DNA from: Macrostomum lignano
Taxonomy: Eukaryota
Reading direction: 5' to 3'
NCBI GenBank assembly: GCA_002269645.1
Contig: NIVC01000337.1
Span: 124,001 to 188,000 of the forward strand
Length of the DNA: 64,000 nucleotides
The stretch's first letter is position 1; each line of letters starts with the position of its first letter. Under the pieces are notes generated by a model. That model was given only the letters and a program-made list of their open reading frames with translations, was not told the origin of the DNA and ran no database searches. Positions 10,243 through 22,099 of this stretch are shown in pieces. The translations under genes were made by a program, and so were the position numbers.

Positions 10243-13200
10243 ATGCTTTCTGACCAGAGCGAAGCCAAAGTGAACCCCAAGGCAGATACAACAGCGCGAT
10301 CCTATCCGATGGGCCTGTCCGGGAAGCAACAACAACAGCAGCAACAGAAGCAGCAGCAACAGAAACCGCCGTCATCGACTTCTTCGTCGGCAATGTCGAC
10401 GGCTTCGTCGGCCGCGGCGGCCAGCCTGGGCACCGTGTACTTTGTTGAGCCAACTGGCGGCAGTCGGCACGGCTTGCTGCGCAAGGCCTTCAGCCTGCTG
10501 GATGGGGAGCCCAGCTGCTCGGCCGTCTGGCTGCCGGAGGCTCAGGTGCCATCGGTGCTGGCCAAGCATCAGCAGCGGTCTGGCGGCTCCGGCCGGGCCT
10601 ACTTCGTATTCGATGACTTCCAGGGCGCCGCCTACGAGAGAGCGGCGGCCGCGCCTGGCTGCCGGCTGTTCGGCGCCCAGCTGCTGCTGCAGTACCTGCG
10701 CGATGACTTGCCGCTGCCCAAGTGGGAGGTGCCGCTGTTCTCCGCCGCGCTCAAGGATTTGCAGGCAAGTTTTGGGGGGTGCGGCGAGCTCCATGTGAGG
10801 CTCTGATGATCTGCAGTTCGCGGCTCTGTATCTGGAGATTCTGTATCCGATAGGAGTGCGTGAAATGGTATTTAAGATAGTTCTGCAGTTGCTAGAGGCC
10901 CATACAGGCATTTTGCTCCGCAACGGGGAGGGGCAGAGGTATAAGCTGAATAACTCCCAACTCCAATTGGTTAACTCCATTTCCATTAACCCCACTCCTC
11001 AACCGGCTGCTCCCCACTCCTCAACCTGCAACTCCCCACCCCTCAATCCAAAACTCCCCACCCCCTCATTCCGCAACTCCCCACCTCTCAATCCAAAACT
11101 CCCCACCCACTCATCCCGCAACTCCCCACCCCTCAATCCACAACTCCCCACCCCCTCATCCCGCAACTCCCCACCTCTCAATCCAAAACTCCCCACCCCC
11201 TCATCCCGCAACTCCCCACCCCTCAATCCACAACTCCCCACCCCCTCATCCCGCAACTCCCCACCCCTCAATCCACAACTCCCCACCCCCTCATCCCGCA
11301 ACTCCCCACCCCTCAATCCACAACTCCCCACCCCCTCATCCCGCAACTCCCCACCTCTCAATCCACAACTCCCCACCCCCTCATCCCGCAACTCCCCACC
11401 CCTCAATCCACAACTCCCCACCCCCTCAACCCGCAACTCCCCACCTCTCAATCCACAACTCCCCACCCCCTCATCCCGCAACTCCCCACCCCTCAATCCA
11501 CAACTCCCCACCCCCTCAACCCGCAACTCCCCACCTCTCAATCCACAACTCCCCACCCCTCAACCCGCAACTCCCCACCCCCTCATCCCGCAACTCCCCA
11601 CCCCTCAACCTACAACTCCCCACCCCTCAACCCACAACTCCCCACCCCTCAACCCACAATTCCCCGCCCCTCAACCCGCTGCTCCCCATCCCTCAACCCG
11701 CTGCTCCCCACCCTCAACCTGCTGCTCCCCACCCCTCAACCCGCTGCTCCCCACCCCTCAACCCGCTGCTCCCCACCCCTCAACCCGCTGCACCCCACTC
11801 CTCAACCCGCTGCTCCCCACTCCTCAACCCGCAACTCCCCACCCCTCAACTCGCGCAGATCTCCGTGTCGGGCATCGAGGACCGCGCCACCGTTAAGCGC
11901 AAGATCCGCATGCTGCACGGCAACTTCCAACCCGATTTAACTGACGATGTCAACGTGCTCATTACTACCTGCACCAATTCAAAGAAGTACCTGGTTGCTA
12001 AGCAGTTCAACATTAAAGTGCTGCTGCCCGAATGGCTGGACGGCCTCCTGGCCTGGTCCCGCAGTCGCAGTGTCGTTGAGCCGTTCGGCCTGCCCGACTT
12101 CGCCCGCTACGTGGTGCCGCCATTTCACAATGTGACCGCCACCACTACCAACTTTGAGCAGACCGAGAAGGACCTCATTCAACGGCTGGTGGTGAAAAAC
12201 GGCGGCCGCTACACCGGCAACCTGGTGGTTGGCGAGTGCACCCACCTCATCGTGGCCCGGCCAGTCGGTCAGAAGTACAACTACGCTCGGAATTGGAAAA
12301 TCAACTGCGTCAGCCTGCAGTGGGTGGTGGACAGCGATCGCAAGCAGTGCTGCTTGGACATTGCCGACTATCTGGTGTCGGACGATGGCAAGAACCACGC
12401 CGGCGCCAAGCCCGCCAACAGCTCCACGCCGGACAAGCAGCGGGTGCCGCTCAGCGGGAAGACCGCGCCCGATGTCAGCTGCCTGCTGGACCCGGACCGG
12501 TCCCGGGTCAACGAGACTGTGGCCAGCGTGCCCGGCGACCGCAGCGTCTGCTACCCGGTGTCCTCAACTGCCGCTTCAACAGCGTCCGCGCCGACTCCGC
12601 AGCCGCCTGTTTCGGCGGCATCCAGCGGCATCGACAAAGAGAACAACTTCCGGATTCCAAATCCGCCGCAGCCTCAGCCGCTGGCTCCACTTCGCGACCT
12701 GCGCCTGTTGATCGCCTGCTGCCGCGGTCAGCAAGCGGAGCTGCAGCGCCTGACATCCATGGCTCGCCAGCTTGGCGCCTCGCCAATCTCCGCCAGTTCG
12801 AATCAACGCGTTGTCGAAGCGGACGCTGGCCTGATCATCGAGCCGGATCAGCTGGAGGATTTACCGGCTGGGGTTCAGTGCGGCGTGCTGGTTGCCAAGC
12901 AGTGGCTGCTTGACTGCTCCGAGAAGCAGCAGCGCCTGCCGTTTGACGCCTACAAACTGCTTTGGCGGCAGCCGGCAGCGGCAGATGAGGCGCATGAAAC
13001 TGGGGACAGCACCATGGGCCCCGGCGATGCTGCGCCTGCTGCTGCCGCCGCTCCACCGGCGTCCGACATGCTGGAGGAAAGCCTCAACATCCTGTGCGAC
13101 TATGTCAGAGAAGAGGAGTCCCAGCTCAAGCAGCAGGAGCAGCAGGCTGCTGAGCAGGACGATGAAGAAGGAGATGAAACTGAACTGCCGCCGGTTCGCT

Positions 13201-16200
13201 CTGTGGTGGACAACAATTCCACAGCTGCCAATGTGCTGCCAGAGACCGAGGAGCCCGCTAACAGCTCCACGGCCGCCGACACGCAGAGCTTCCTGACTGG
13301 CCGTCGCGTCGGCATCCTCGGTCTGGAGCCGGCCGCCGCCGCGGTCGCCGCCCGCAGTGTTACCCGCCTTGGCGGCCAGGTCGCCTCCGCGGCCGCTGCC
13401 GAAGCTACTCAGCTGGACTTGGCCGTGCTGCCAGTTGTCTATCAGCGAGGCAGCGGCGGGGCCACCGAGGCCGGCCTGCTGTCAGCCGACGAGCTGGTGA
13501 CCGACGCCTGGCTTGCCGACTGCATTGACGGCCCGGCCGTGATGGTGGCGGACCCAGACTCGGAGCCTTGGTACCGGCCCTGCGTGCTGTCCGCCACAGC
13601 CTCCAAGCCGCTGGCCGGCGTGGTGCTCTGCGTCAGCGGCTTCGAGCTGCGCGATCGGGAGCGCGTGACCACCCTGGGCCGCGGCCTCGGCGCCATCGTC
13701 CAGGACAACCTCAGCCGCGTCAGCAAGCCCGACCGCCAGCTCCGGGTCACCACTCACCTGGTGCTGGCGGCCAGCGGGGGCCACAAATACTCGGCCGCAA
13801 TGGGCTGGGGCAGCGTGCACTGCGTCACCAAGCACTGGCTGGGCGAGTGCGGCCGTCAGGGCCGCCGCCTGCCTGAGGCTGAGTTCCACATCGACTCGCT
13901 GGCCGACTACGAGGAGCGAAAGCGGCGCGAAGCTGCCGCCGCCGCCGCTTCGGCCATGTCGGCGACAATGTCCTCGGCTGCGGATACCCCAACGGCTACG
14001 GCTGTTGCCATGGTGACGTCGACGATGGCGTCCGACTGCGTTGTTCCGGCCAGTCAGGCGTCCCCGATGCAGCAGCAGCAGCGGCAGCCGGCGAATCCGC
14101 ACCGGGCGGCCATGGACAGCCCGAGCGTGTTTCTCAACAGCGGCTATCGGCCGCGCTTTGACCTGCAGGCGCTGAGCGCCGCCCTGCGCAGCCCGGTGCC
14201 GGGGCCGCCGGCCGGCACGCCGGACTCGGTTCAGTACGCCCGCGCCAGGCGCAACATCCGCCAGACCTGCCGGGCGCAGGGCAAACGCGAGCTGCTCGTC
14301 CTGCTGCCGCCGCCGTCCTCAGCGGCTGCCATCGGCGGCTCAGCCAACTCCGCGGTCGCGACGGCCGCCGACGCTAACGGCGACTTTGCCACGCCGCAGA
14401 CCCCGCAGCAGGCGGCCGGCTTGCTATCGGGCGTCACCGTCTACCTGTCCGCCCGCCTCGGCGCCCAGCGGTCCCGCCTGGCCCAGCTGGCCGAGTCTCT
14501 CGGCGCCAGGTCGCGCTGGCAGTGGGACCCGCGCACCTGCACCCACCTGGTTGCCGAGGGGCCGCCGTCTGATGATCCCGAGCTGCAGCGGGCGATGCAG
14601 CCGCAGCCGGCCGCCACTGCCTCGGCGCCTCCGCCCCGACTGGTCAGCCCGGCCTGGCTGCTGCAGTGCAAGCGGCTGCGACGCCGGCTTGACGAGCGCG
14701 ACTATCCGCCTACGTCCGCCTCATCTGCCGCTGCCGCCCAGCCTCACGGGCAGCATCATCATCACAAGCACCATCACCATCATGCGCATCAGGCTCAGCA
14801 GCTGGAGAGGCGAGCCTCCCGCGCCAGCCTGCAGGAGCTGAGCAGCAAGCTCGACTGCTTTGGCAAAGGCGCCGACAACTCCCCCGACGGCGTATCCGGC
14901 GACGTAGCCGGAGCCAACGTCAACGACATCGGCGGCGCATCCGCTGGCACCGGCGGCGGCAGTGGTACCGCGCCGGACAGCCGGCTGGCCCAGAATCGAG
15001 CCCGCCAGCTGCTCGAATCCGAGCCGGACGAGTCCGCCGTCTGCGTCGGTGGCGGCAGCGGCAGCGGCTCCGACGTCCGAGCAGCCGGCAAGGCCGCCAC
15101 TGTCGCTTCCTCCGTTGCCGCCAACGCCGCTGCCGCCGCTACGGCCGCCGTGCGACCCAACGAGCCGCTGCTGGTGGGCTGGCGCTACACCGACTCGGAC
15201 GGAGCCGCGGCGGCGCCGCAACCGCCGCCTCCTCAGCAGTCCACGCCGCCCGAGCCGCCGCGCCTCTTCCAGATCACCGGCTTCAGCGCTCAGGTAAAGT
15301 TTTGCATTCCTTTTTGATAGGTCACATCTTGAGGATATAAATGCCTTTATTTCTAGGAATCGAGTTGAGATTTGTTTTAATTAGAGTGACAAAATAGCGC
15401 GAACTGTTTGTTGTATTGTCTCAGTAAGAAAAGCGCTGTTATTATTATTTAAAAGGACATGATGTACGCATGAGCGGGGTGCACGATTGGCTCAACGCAA
15501 TTGACATAACGTGCGTTATTATTGTTTGTAGCATTATTAGTGATTATTCTAACCCAGGGGTCAGCCAACCCCAGCCAGGGGGTCATATGTGACCCGCAAA
15601 GCCTCTCTATCCGGCCCTCAGGTCTTTCGAAACTTTACAATAGCAATCCGGCCTGCTTAAGGTTTTTTTCTTCTCAGCTCTCTTCTCTCTCCTCTTCTCT
15701 TCTCTCTCCTCTTCTCTTCTCTCTCCTCTTCTCTTCTCCCATTTCTTCTCTCTTTTCTATTGTCTCTCCTCTCTGGCCCTTGAGGTTACGGAGAAAAGTT
15801 TTCCGAACCCCGTATTAATTAACCAACAACACACCAGTAAGGCCTCAAGCATAAATGCCGCTCCGGCAGGACCGGGACCGCCTTGTCAGCCAGATCCGCG
15901 GCCTGGGCGGCTCGCTGGTCTCAGTGGAGTCCGAGGACCCCAGCCACCTGGTCTGCGGCCGCCTGCTGCGCAACGAGAAACTCCTCCGCTGCGTTGCCGC
16001 CGGCCGCTGGGTCCTCCGGCCTGCCTATGTTGAAGCCTCGGCCAAGGCCGGCCGCTGGCTGCCCGAGGAGCCGTACGAGTGGGGCGGCGGCGGCGGCGGC
16101 GCTGAATCTGCGGACGCCGAGACCCGCCTTCTGGCCGCCGCCTGCAGCCGGTGGCGCCAGCGTGGCGGGCGAGCCTTTCGCGACTGGCGCGCCGCCCTGC

Positions 16201-16610
16201 TGTGCCCGCCGGACAAGCTGGCCAGCTTCCGGCGCCTCCTGGAGGCCGGCGGTGGCCGAGTTGTGGCCGACGGGCCGCCCTATCCGGCCGCCGCCAGCGT
16301 CAGTCACGCCTTCTGCCAGCGCGGCAACTACGCCGGCTGCTCGGACACCCTGTCCGGCGCCGGCTCCCACCTGTCCTGGCTGAGAATCGACTTCATCGCC
16401 GCCCACCTGGTGGACGAGAAGCCGCCAGAGCCGGCCGCTTACCGGCTGCCGCAGGCGCGCAAGCGACAGCAGGTCGGCGGGCCGGCGGGCAGCAGCGGCG
16501 CAGCGGACGAGGACGACTTCAGCGACGCGACTTCGACCGCCTCCAGCGGCCGAGGCGGCGGCAGCGGCGGCGCGGCCACCAGATCTTCAAAGCGGATTCG
16601 GCGCCGCTAA
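10243..16610 (+). CDS. TOPBP1: DNA topoisomerase II-binding protein 1 (multi-BRCT); exons 10243-10764, 11859-15293, 15870-16610; ~1565 aa
   Basis: BRCT1/2 (SKKYLVAK...LLPEWL; [24 protein letters not shown]...CTHLIV...KYNYARNW), BRCT4/5 ([12 protein letters not shown]), BRCT6 ([10 protein letters not shown]...CTHLV), and terminal tandem BRCT (FQITGFSAQ|[14 protein letters not shown]; [24 protein letters not shown]). Both introns are phase 0. The start could instead be the ATG at 10309. Confidence 0.93.
10985..11850. repeat. C-rich ~33-bp minisatellite in TOPBP1 intron 1
   Basis: CCCCACCCCCTCATCCCGCAACTCCCCACCCCTCAATCCACAACT-like units. Confidence 0.93.
15555..15812. mobile_element. Degenerate hAT/Charlie-like MITE in TOPBP1 intron 2
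   Basis: Begins CAGGGGTCAGCCAAC and ends AAAAGTTTTCCGAACCCCG, resembling hAT-Charlie termini. TIR match is imperfect and no TSD is visible. Confidence 0.45.
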
Positions 16611-17337
16611 GATTTGTTATAATAATTGTCTATTAATATATTGGCGCGAATTTGACTGTCACCTTAAATTTATTTAAAACTTGTCGCGTTTTAACTGAAT
16701 GTGAGGACTTCTATTATATGACATTGGCTATCTTTTTTATAATTGGAAACTTTCCATTATTTTGTTGCTTCTGAAAGCTCAGATGCTTTGAAAAGTCTTA
16801 ATTGCTTTTGTTGCTTTTATTTTATTCTTGAAAAAATTTGCCACAAAAATTACTAATACAAACAGTTTATACACTACATAAGTTAGGCATTTTTATACAT
16901 ACTTTCTCCAGATCAGCTGTACTCGTTTACTAAGTACAAAGGCCGGTGCTACCGCTATTTTTCTACAAGGCAATTCTCTGCTTCTATCTTGTTCTTGTCT
17001 TCTTTTGCTGCTTTTAGTAGTAGCTGTATTATTATTAATTTTTAACAGTTGGCATTTTCTCTCTTTTTCTTTATTGAATTTGTGCACTGGCACATCACCT
17101 TACTCATAGTAGACTTAATATGTCTATGCAATGCCAGTAATGCTATATTGAACCGGGCCAATGTCACTGCTATTTATTTCCCTAATATTTTTGCCTAATA
17201 TGATAATTATTGTCTACGCTATTTCAATTCACAGCGCAGAACCTAATATTGTCATTTTTTAAATATTTTTTCTTTCATGTTGATTATCACTAGTCACTTC
17301 AGGGCATATATAGACTACTAGGCTAGAGCTAGAGATA

Positions 17338-17425
17338 GAGATGAGTGACAGATGAGTGACAGCTAGAGATAAGTGACAGATGAGTGACAGCTAGAGATAA
17401 GTGACAGAGAAGAGGGACAGCTAGT
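17338..17425. repeat. Short array of GATGAGTGACAGCTAGA units, the reverse complement of the CCM2 intron-1 repeat
   Basis: Reverse complement of GATGAGTGACAGCTAG is CTAGCTGTCACTCATC, the unit at 17680-18035. Confidence 0.85.
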
Positions 17426-17522
17426 GGTATACTAATATTAGGCTAGTAGTGTATCACCTCTGACAGCTTGTAGTATCTAATTAAATATATGAAATGGATT
17501 TCAGTCGGTCCGTCACAGTGGG

Positions 17523-20500
17523 ATGCTGACCCGCCTCTGGCCAGCTGGCGGGGCCGGCAGCAGCGGCGCAGCTGGAGGCGGCAGCGGCTTCACAAGAGCT
17601 GCCAGGATTGTGCTGGCCCCGCCAGACTTCCAGGTGAGCGAATGAAGGGTTGATTTGTCCTTTGCATTACTGAAGAGCTTTCACTCATCCAGCTGTCACT
17701 CATCAAGCTGTCACTCATCTAGCTGTCACTCATCCAGCTGTCACTCATCTAGCTGTCACTCATCCAGCTGTCACTCATCTAGCTGTCACTCATCTAGCTG
17801 TCATCACTTATCTAGCTGTCATCACTCATCTAGCTTTCACTCATCTAGCTGTCACTCATCTAGCTGTCACTCATCTAGCTGTCACTCATCTAGCTGTCAC
17901 TCATCTAGCTGTCACTCATCTAGCTCTCATCACTCATCTAGCTGTCGCTCATCTCTAGTTGTCACTCATCCAGCTGTCACTCTTCTAGCTGTCACTAATC
18001 TAGCTGTCCCTCATCCAGCTGTCATCCCAGCTACTCTCCCACCCCATCACCCCCAGGTGAATCCCAGCTTGCTAATCGACTCCTATCTGGAGTGGCCGGT
18101 TCGCCTGCTGGGCTCCCTGTCCGGTGTCCGCAGCAACCGGGACATCAGCAACCGGGCCTACCTGCTCAGCTTGGTGGACTCAATCGAGCGCGGCATTCGT
18201 GGCAGTCGCTCCCCGCCTGTAGACGCCATGCTCAGCCTGAGCGTCTCCGGCCTCCGTCTGGAGCGCCGCGTCCAGCCGCAGCAGCAGCAGCAGCCACCGC
18301 AGCAGATGCCCGAGGTGCTGCTCCGAGTTCCCGTGTCCCAGCTGCTCTCTGTGGCCTACGTCAGGGACTCCGACAGGCACCTGCTCGCGCTGCACTACAG
18401 CCCGGATGCCAACGGAACCAGCCAGCTCTGCGCCATGTCCGTCCACGCCAGGATCCACGCTCAGGTGAGCAGTTGTGAGACACCGGTGATGGATTGTTGA
18501 TGTGAGACACCGGTGATGGATTGCTGATGTGAGACACCGGTGATGGATTGCTGATGTGAGATACCGGTGATGGATTGCTGATGTGAGACACCGGTGATCG
18601 ATTTTTGATGTGAGACACCGGTGATGGATTGCTAATGTTAGAAACGGGTGATTCATTGCTGATGTGAGACACGAGTGATTGATTTCTGATGTGAGACACG
18701 GGTGATTGATTGCTGATGTGAGATACCGGTGATGGATTGCTAATGTGAGACACCGGTGATGGATTGCTGATGTGAAATACCTGTTGTACATAATGAGACA
18801 CCTGTTGTACATAATGGCACATCTGTTGTACATAATGACACACCTGTTGTACATAATGACACACCTGTTGTACATAATGAAACACCTGTTGTACATAATG
18901 AGACACCTTTGTACATAATGAAACACCTGTTGTACATAATGAGACACCTGTTGCGGATACTCAGTCTCAGCTCAGTGATTCTACAACATTTGATCTTCCC
19001 CAACCCCTTCATCCTCTCAGGAGATCTGCGCGGTGGCCCGCCAGCTGCTGCAGCTCGCCTACACGGAGGCCACTTTGGAATTCTTCGACCGCGCCCTCGG
19101 TGGCGCTGCTTCAACATCCGGCGGCGCCCCTTCGACATCCGGCGCCTCCGTGCTCGGCGGCGGCGGCCACAGCGGCAGCGGGGGTGGCAGCGGAGACAGC
19201 GGCAGGGCCGGCGGCGGCGGAGCCCGCACGGCAACGGACTCGAACGCCACCCCGGTGACCTCGACAGCCAGCAGCCCCGTGATTGGCCGGCGCGACAACC
19301 CGCAGGAGGCGGTGAGCAGCCTCGCCGGCAGCCTAGCGTCCAGCCTGAGCCGCCAGGAGCTGGTCACGTTCGGGCAGCTGTTCCGTGCCTGGTCCTCCGG
19401 CGCCTCCTCTTTCGCTGGCAGCGTCCGGCCTCAGCTGGAGCGGCTGTTCCCGGCTGAGCGGAGCCACCTGCTGCTGGGCCTGCGGCCCTTCATCCCGGCC
19501 AGGGATCACCAGGCTTTCGATGAGTTTCTGCATGACCGCGGCCTTAGACCGACCGGTTACAGTCGCTCGGTGAGCATCGGGAGCACCGCCAGCAGCGTGC
19601 GAAGTCGGGACTCCAGCGAGGTCGATCTGGACCAGGCTCTCGGCTCCATCGTTGCTCAGGTGAGCCATCGGGGATGAGGATTTTGGGACTGAAATCTCTA
19701 AGTTCCCTGGCGGTTAAGAATATATCCGGTAGTACCAATCCCGACTCTAGAAGTCCCGATCCCGACTCTAGAAGTCCCGATCCCAAATCTAGAAGTCCCG
19801 TTCCCAACTCTAGAAGGGCCGATCCCGACTAGTAGTCCCGATCCCGACTCTAGTAGTCCCGATCCCGACTCCAGAAGTCCCGATCCCGACTCCAGAAGTC
19901 CCGATCCCAACTCTAGAAGTCCCGTTCCCGACTCTAGAAGTCCCGATCCCGACTCTAGAAGTCCCGATCCCGACTCTAGAAGTCCCGATCCCAACTCTAG
20001 AAGTCCCGATCCCGACTCTAGAAGTCCCGATAGAAGTCCCGATCCCGACTCTAGAAATCATGATCCCGACTCTAGAAGTCCCGATCCCAACTCTAGAAGT
20101 CCCGTTCCCAACTCTAGAAGTCCCGTTCCCAACTCTAGAAGGGCCGATCCCGACTAGTAGTCCCGATCCCGACTCTAGAAGTCCCGATAGAAGTCCCGAT
20201 CCCGACTCTAGAAATCATGATCCCGACTCTAGAAGTCCCGATCCCAACTCTAGAAGTCCCGTTCCCAACTCTAGAAGGGCCGATCCCGACTAGTAGTCCC
20301 GATCCCGACTCTAGAAGTCCCGATCCCACCTCTGAGATTCTTTAAATCATGATCCTGAATGTAAAAATCCCGAGTCGGAATTTCGAGAAGAATTGACCTT
20401 CATTTGTCCTTAACAAACCTTTCCTCTCCCCAGGTGCAGCGGCTGGACATGAGCCAGCAGCAGTTTGCCCAGCCCAGCTACTCTCGCTCCGTGTCCGCCG

Positions 20501-20655
20501 TCTCCGCCTCAACTGCCGGCCGGTCGCCCGGCCAGCCGCACAAGTACCTCGCGCTGGACGGACTCGAAGATTCCGCCTCCATGGTGGCGCCGGCGGACTC
20601 CGGGCGAAGTCCCGTCAAGGAGCTCTCGCCGATGGGTCACGCGCACAGATTCTAA
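17523..20655 (+). CDS. CCM2: Cerebral cavernous malformations 2 (malcavernin) homolog, PTB + harmonin-homology domain; exons 17523-17633, 18057-18464, 19021-19659, 20434-20655; 459 aa
   Basis: PTB: LEWPVRLLGSL, DAMLSLS, LRVPVSQLLSVAYVRD, YTEATLEFFDRAL. HHD: LSRQELVTF...HLLLGLRPFIPARDHQAFDEFL. Three phase-0 GT-AG introns join in frame. Confidence 0.92.
17680..18035. repeat. 15-bp minisatellite (TCACTCATCTAGCTG)n in CCM2 intron 1
   Basis: Direct reading. Confidence 0.95.
18470..18955. repeat. Two adjacent minisatellites (27-bp GATGTGAGACACCGGTGATGGATTGCT; 21-bp CACCTGTTGTACATAATGAGA) in CCM2 intron 2
   Basis: Periods counted from the sequence. Confidence 0.93.
19735..20330. repeat. 21-bp minisatellite (CCCGATCCCGACTCTAGAAGT)n in CCM2 intron 3
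   Basis: Direct reading. Confidence 0.95.
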
Positions 20656-20659
20656 CTGG

Positions 20660-21315
20660 CCTTGCCGTCTGTTTATCCTTAATCCCGCTGTCTGTTTGTC
20701 CTTAATCCCGCTGTCTGTTTATCCTTAATCCCGCTGTCTGTTTGTCCTTAATCCCGCTGTCTGTTTGTCCTTAATCCCGCTGTCTGTTTATCCTTAATCC
20801 CGCTGTCTGTTTATCCTTAATCCCGATGTCTGTTTATCCTTAATCCCGCTGTCTGTTTATCCTTAATCCCGCTGTCTGTTTATCCTTAATCCCGATGTCT
20901 GTTTATCCTTAATCCCGCTGTCTGTTTATCCTTAATCCCACTGTCTGTTTATCCTTGGTCCCACTGTCTGCTTATCCTTAATCCCAATGTCTGCTTATCC
21001 TTAATCCCGCTGTCTGTTTATCCTTAATCCCACTGTCTGTTTATCATCCTTAATCCCACTGTCTGTTTACCCTTAATCCCACTGTCTGTTTATCATCCTT
21101 AATCCCACTGTCTGTTTATCCTTAATCCCACTGTCTGTTTATCATCCTTAATCCTACTGTCTGCTTATCCTTAATCCCGCTGTCTGCTTATCCTTAATCC
21201 CACTGTCTGTTTATCCTTAATCCCACTGTCTGCTTATCCTTAATCCTACTGTCTGTTTGTCCTTAATCCCACTGTCTGCTTAGCCTTTATCCCACTGTCT
21301 GTTTATCCTTAATCC
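20660..21315. repeat. 23-bp minisatellite (CCTTAATCCCGCTGTCTGTTTAT)n immediately after the CCM2 stop codon
   Basis: Direct reading. Confidence 0.95.
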
Positions 21316-21427
21316 CCACTTACTCATCTCACTCTCCCATTATATCAATTTGAGGTGATCACTATAATTCATAGTTTTTGAGTAATGTTTTTTCGAAAAA
21401 TACAGTTTCATTACTGTTAGGGTCTTT

Positions 21428-21433
21428 AATAAA
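21428..21433 (+). terminator. Candidate polyadenylation signal AATAAA for CCM2
   Basis: First AATAAA seen downstream of the stop; AT-rich context makes it weak. Confidence 0.3.
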
Positions 21434-22099
21434 CTATTATATTACTTTCAGTAGTAAATAGTAGATAGTAGTAGATATAAACTTTCACCACCTGTTTATA
21501 TCTTTGCTTTTGATGAACGCCACTTGTTTGAACGAGAAATTATGTATTAATTAGAATATATACTCGTAGATAAAAAATCCGCCTTAAGAGCCAGATGCTG
21601 CTATTGCTACTTCTGCTGAGTAAGTAGAATGTTGCGGATTTATAATCGCGCTATAATATCTGTTTTCCATTTCAACTAAAGAATTTCTCTAGACCTGCCC
21701 GGCTGTGAATTTTGTGTTTCCTTCAACAATCAAAATTTGTGTTTAGAAGCAACTTGCCTCATCCCTACTTGTTTTCATGTTAGATTAATGTGAATTTTTG
21801 TTTCTGTTGGCTTCAAATTGAATGTACTCTGTAAATACAGTATATGTGCTTTATTGTGTTTACTGTAATCTTTTATTATATACATTAGCCTTTTACCTGT
21901 GACATTCCTCTTAGTAATAGTATAGTGCTTGACTACTCTGAGTATACAGTTAATTCTGCCATTCGTTTCAATCCTGTTCTCGCTTTCAGAACTTTTAACT
22001 GCATCTCGCCTTTATTGGGTTCTGAAATTGCAGTATAATCTCATTGCATATGAATACTACACTTAGTGGGGATCCTGATTGCACTTTGTATGGGATCGT

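Noticed and set aside
10856-11896. 346-aa Pro-rich ORF
   Set aside because: Translation of the TOPBP1 intron-1 minisatellite.
2469-16636. Numerous antisense and alternative-frame ORFs over SPATA6, ACAA2 and TOPBP1
   Set aside because: Expected shadows of very GC-rich coding DNA; no recognisable motifs.
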